This document shows, piece by piece, positions 63,822 to 64,000 of a DNA stretch of 64,000 nt (the stretch's first letter is position 1; each line of letters opens with the position of its first letter). A program made the translations under genes and the position numbers. This stretch comes from Phoronis australis. Taxonomy: Eukaryota; Animalia; Phoronida. Location: NCBI GenBank assembly GCA_002633005.1, contig NMRA01000008.1, positions 1,328,584-1,392,583 of the forward strand. Direction: 5' to 3'. The notes under the pieces were generated by a model. The model saw nothing but the letters and a program-made list of their open reading frames with translations, was not told the origin of the DNA and searched no databases.

Positions 63822-64000
63822 GTAATTACCAGCATAGTATTAAGAATTCTGATAGAAAATAAAATGTTTACAAGGACGACTATCTGTTCCAAATCATTAT
63901 TGAAATTCCCCTTGATTCAAACAATGAGATTGTTCTTTTGATCTCTCAAAAACCGCTGGTTGTATATACTGTTTTATTGAAATTTATCACAAGGATGTAG

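Overview
AT-rich, intron-rich animal (marine-invertebrate-like) genomic DNA with two N gaps; it is not prokaryotic, so most ORF-track entries are spurious or single exons. Manual splicing gives four genes. (1) A 4-exon, ~280-aa secreted orphan protein (+, 18267-23066) whose gene architecture, helix pattern and AU-rich 3'UTR resemble a long-chain four-helix (IL-6/LIF/CNTF-like) cytokine; this is the most interesting item and the fold call is inference. (2) Complete WDR54 (+, 8 exons, 24841-37023). (3) Complete SIL1 (-, 42306-53789) with an upstream exon carrying a spliced uORF and a 2.1-kb two-exon tandem duplication that is probably an uncollapsed haplotype. (4) A nucleoplasmin-domain protein with acidic/basic tracts (+, from 55976, runs off the window), head-to-head with SIL1. 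Introns and intergenic DNA contain many non-autonomous DNA transposons (Kolobok-, hAT-, Harbinger-like, foldback types), a Penelope GIY-YIG remnant with an intact minimal hammerhead ribozyme, a LINE 3' remnant and simple repeats. All calls are from reading the sequence by eye; no searches were run.
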